This document shows positions 38,875 through 38,949 of a stretch of 38,949 nucleotides of DNA, in pieces. Made by a program: the position numbers and the translations under genes. The DNA comes from Cyclobacteriaceae bacterium (GTDB lineage Bacteria > Bacteroidota > Bacteroidia > Cytophagales > Cyclobacteriaceae), in the NCBI GenBank assembly GCA_036002745.1, contig DASYTA010000270.1:1-38949 (forward strand), read 5' to 3'. The number at the start of each line of letters is the position of its first letter. Within the stretch, counting starts at the first letter, position 1. A model generated the notes under the pieces. That model ran no database searches, was not told where the DNA came from, and saw only the letters and a list, made by a program, of their open reading frames with translations.

Positions 38875-38949
38875 AACCCGATTTTCACTCCTTAAACAAA
38901 TCTACCAATTTTATTTTGGTGTCCATTTCAACCGTCGGTTAACAATTAT

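Overview
Positions 1-37653 appear to be one complete ~37.7-kb Tn7-like transposon from a probable Bacteroidota genome. It begins with TGT at base 1, ends with ACA at 37653, and has matching TnsB-type binding sites at both ends. It encodes tnsA-tnsB-tnsC plus two tandem TniQ/TnsD paralogues, with no recognisable Cas genes, CRISPR array or tnsE. The right end interrupts a resident SRAP (YedK/HMCES-like) gene just downstream of its conserved GFYEW codons, and the element carries its own intact, enlarged SRAP gene and an imuA-imuB-dnaE2 cassette. CTAA-N5-TTAG palindromes, resembling a Bacteroidota non-canonical LexA box, lie inside both ends and upstream of the imu operon. Together these suggest an SRAP-targeting, SOS-coupled Tn7-like system (inference). 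Other cargo: XRE regulators, an orphan Xre/MbcA-type antitoxin, a transglutaminase-like/RHS-core/JAB toxin locus, an S1/P1 nuclease and a defence island. The island holds a Septu-like ATPase+HNH pair, a nuclease-helicase, a DUF4365-like nuclease-dynamin fusion and a frameshifted nuclease-STAND gene. All calls come from motif reading only; no searches were run, and the left flank (so the target-site duplication) is not visible.
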